Shown here: positions 63,274-64,000 of the stretch, piece by piece
Numbering within the stretch: the first letter of the stretch is position 1
Layout of the letters: each line of letters begins with the position of its first letter
Source of the DNA: an uncultured Chthonomonadaceae bacterium
GTDB taxonomy: Bacteria > Armatimonadota > Chthonomonadetes > Chthonomonadales > Chthonomonadaceae
Assembly (NCBI GenBank): GCA_963817895.1
Contig: CAWFQB010000004.1
Coordinates: forward strand, 160,001-224,000
Reading direction: 5' to 3'
DNA: 64,000 bases
Position numbers and translations under genes: made by a program
Notes under the pieces: generated by a model
The model's database searches: none
What the model was told of the DNA's origin: nothing
Seen by the model: only the letters and a program-made list of their open reading frames with translations

Positions 63274-63388
63274 AAAGGATGAAGGATGAAGACAGCACGC
63301 GGTTTTCCTGTTCCTTCTTCTGTTTTGGAGATGAGGCTTTTGGAATAGTGTAGTGCCTTCATCCTTCATCCTTCATCCCTCATCCTTT
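63274..63388. repeat. Inverted heptamer repeat (GGATGAA)n between the tRNA genes
   Basis: aaaggatgaaggatgaag ... cttcatccttcatccttcatccctcatccttt. Confidence 0.85.
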
Positions 63389-63394
63389 GTAATA

Positions 63395-63465
63395 TGCCGC
63401 AGGTCCGAGTTGAACGGACGACGTCCACGTTTTCAGCATGGCGCTCTACCACTGAATTTTGAGGC
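63395..63465 (-). tRNA. Degenerate (probably pseudo) tRNA-Phe(GAA)
   Basis: CAGTGGTAGAGC D-arm, CCATG-CTGAAAA-CGTGG, GTCCG-TTCAACT-CGGAC; acceptor GCCTCAA/CTGCGGC has two mismatches. Confidence 0.7.
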
Positions 63466-63814
63466 GTCAGGGGTTTAAGTCGGGGCTGCGCGTGGTACAG
63501 TCCTGTGCTGTACATAGGCATGAAGCCTTTTTGTGACTCTACCCATCTATGTCGCTGATAATAGCACCCCATTCTAGCCACTGCCCCGCGAAAGACACAA
63601 GCCGCATGTTTGTACGTCCTCTTGTGTGAACGCAAAGGCGTCTACAAGAAGTATTCTCCATTGGAGAAATGCGGGGTTTTGCAGAAAAAGTGAGGCAAAG
63701 GGCGCAAACGTGGCGGTTTGGCATGAATCTTGCAATGGGTATAGGAAACGGTAGTCTTTTCGATACCTTCACTGCTTCTATACTTTCATTGGTGTTCACA
63801 AAGGAGACTTCTTC

Positions 63815-64000
63815 ATGCGTTTTTGTAAACTCGCTCTTGGTATGTTTTCACCTGCCCTACTCATTGGTTTCGCCAGCACCTGCGCCCCTGTCCAAGCACA
63901 ACTGCTTGTCGTCTCTGGGGATGAAAACATCACGAATGCACTCGTCGGCAATGGAACTGCCGTCAATGTCGGCAACCAACTCTTCTTCTCCAACGTGCTT
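63815..64000 (+). CDS. Secreted protein, 5' part only
   Basis: AAGGAG RBS; MRFCKLALGMFSPALLIGFASTCAPVQA|QLLVVSGD...; frame open to the window end. Confidence 0.75.
   Translation, partial: MRFCKLALGMFSPALLIGFASTCAPVQAQLLVVSGDENITNALVGNGTAVNVGNQLFFSNVL

Overview
GC-rich bacterial chromosome segment. The lineage is probably Armatimonadota or similar, inferred from gene content only: PEP-CTERM proteins, yacL-ispDF, and ffs-dnaX-ybaB-recR. Housekeeping blocks (glnE-plsY-priA; yacL-ispDF; pdxS; ffs-dnaX-ybaB-recR; glycosyltransferases and an O-antigen ligase; fucI; sugar ABC permeases) alternate with accessory blocks. Many genes, including essential ones, are split by 1-2 nt frameshifts. These are probably long-read consensus errors, so split ORFs are reported as single genes. 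The most interesting locus (35.5-43.6 kb) is an operon encoding a signal-peptide/PDZ/TPR/CHAT caspase-like protease, an atypical ECF-like sigma factor and a double zinc-finger membrane anti-sigma factor. It is transcribed divergently from a secreted Gly/Pro tandem-repeat peptide and a PEP-CTERM protein, and is a candidate caspase-triggered trans-envelope signalling system. Other highlights: pervasive inverted 7-8-mer repeat hairpins of many sequence types, several inserted in-frame in proteins; a giant C39-peptidase/TPR protein; a 95-bp MITE with TSD inside a Uma2 gene; a mini IS200/IS605-like element at the fucI stop; an ABC-ATPase/DUF4276 pair; a small defence-like cluster with NADAR; and an atypical tRNA-Ser(GCT) next to a degenerate tRNA-Phe(GAA). 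No CRISPR array or rRNA was seen.
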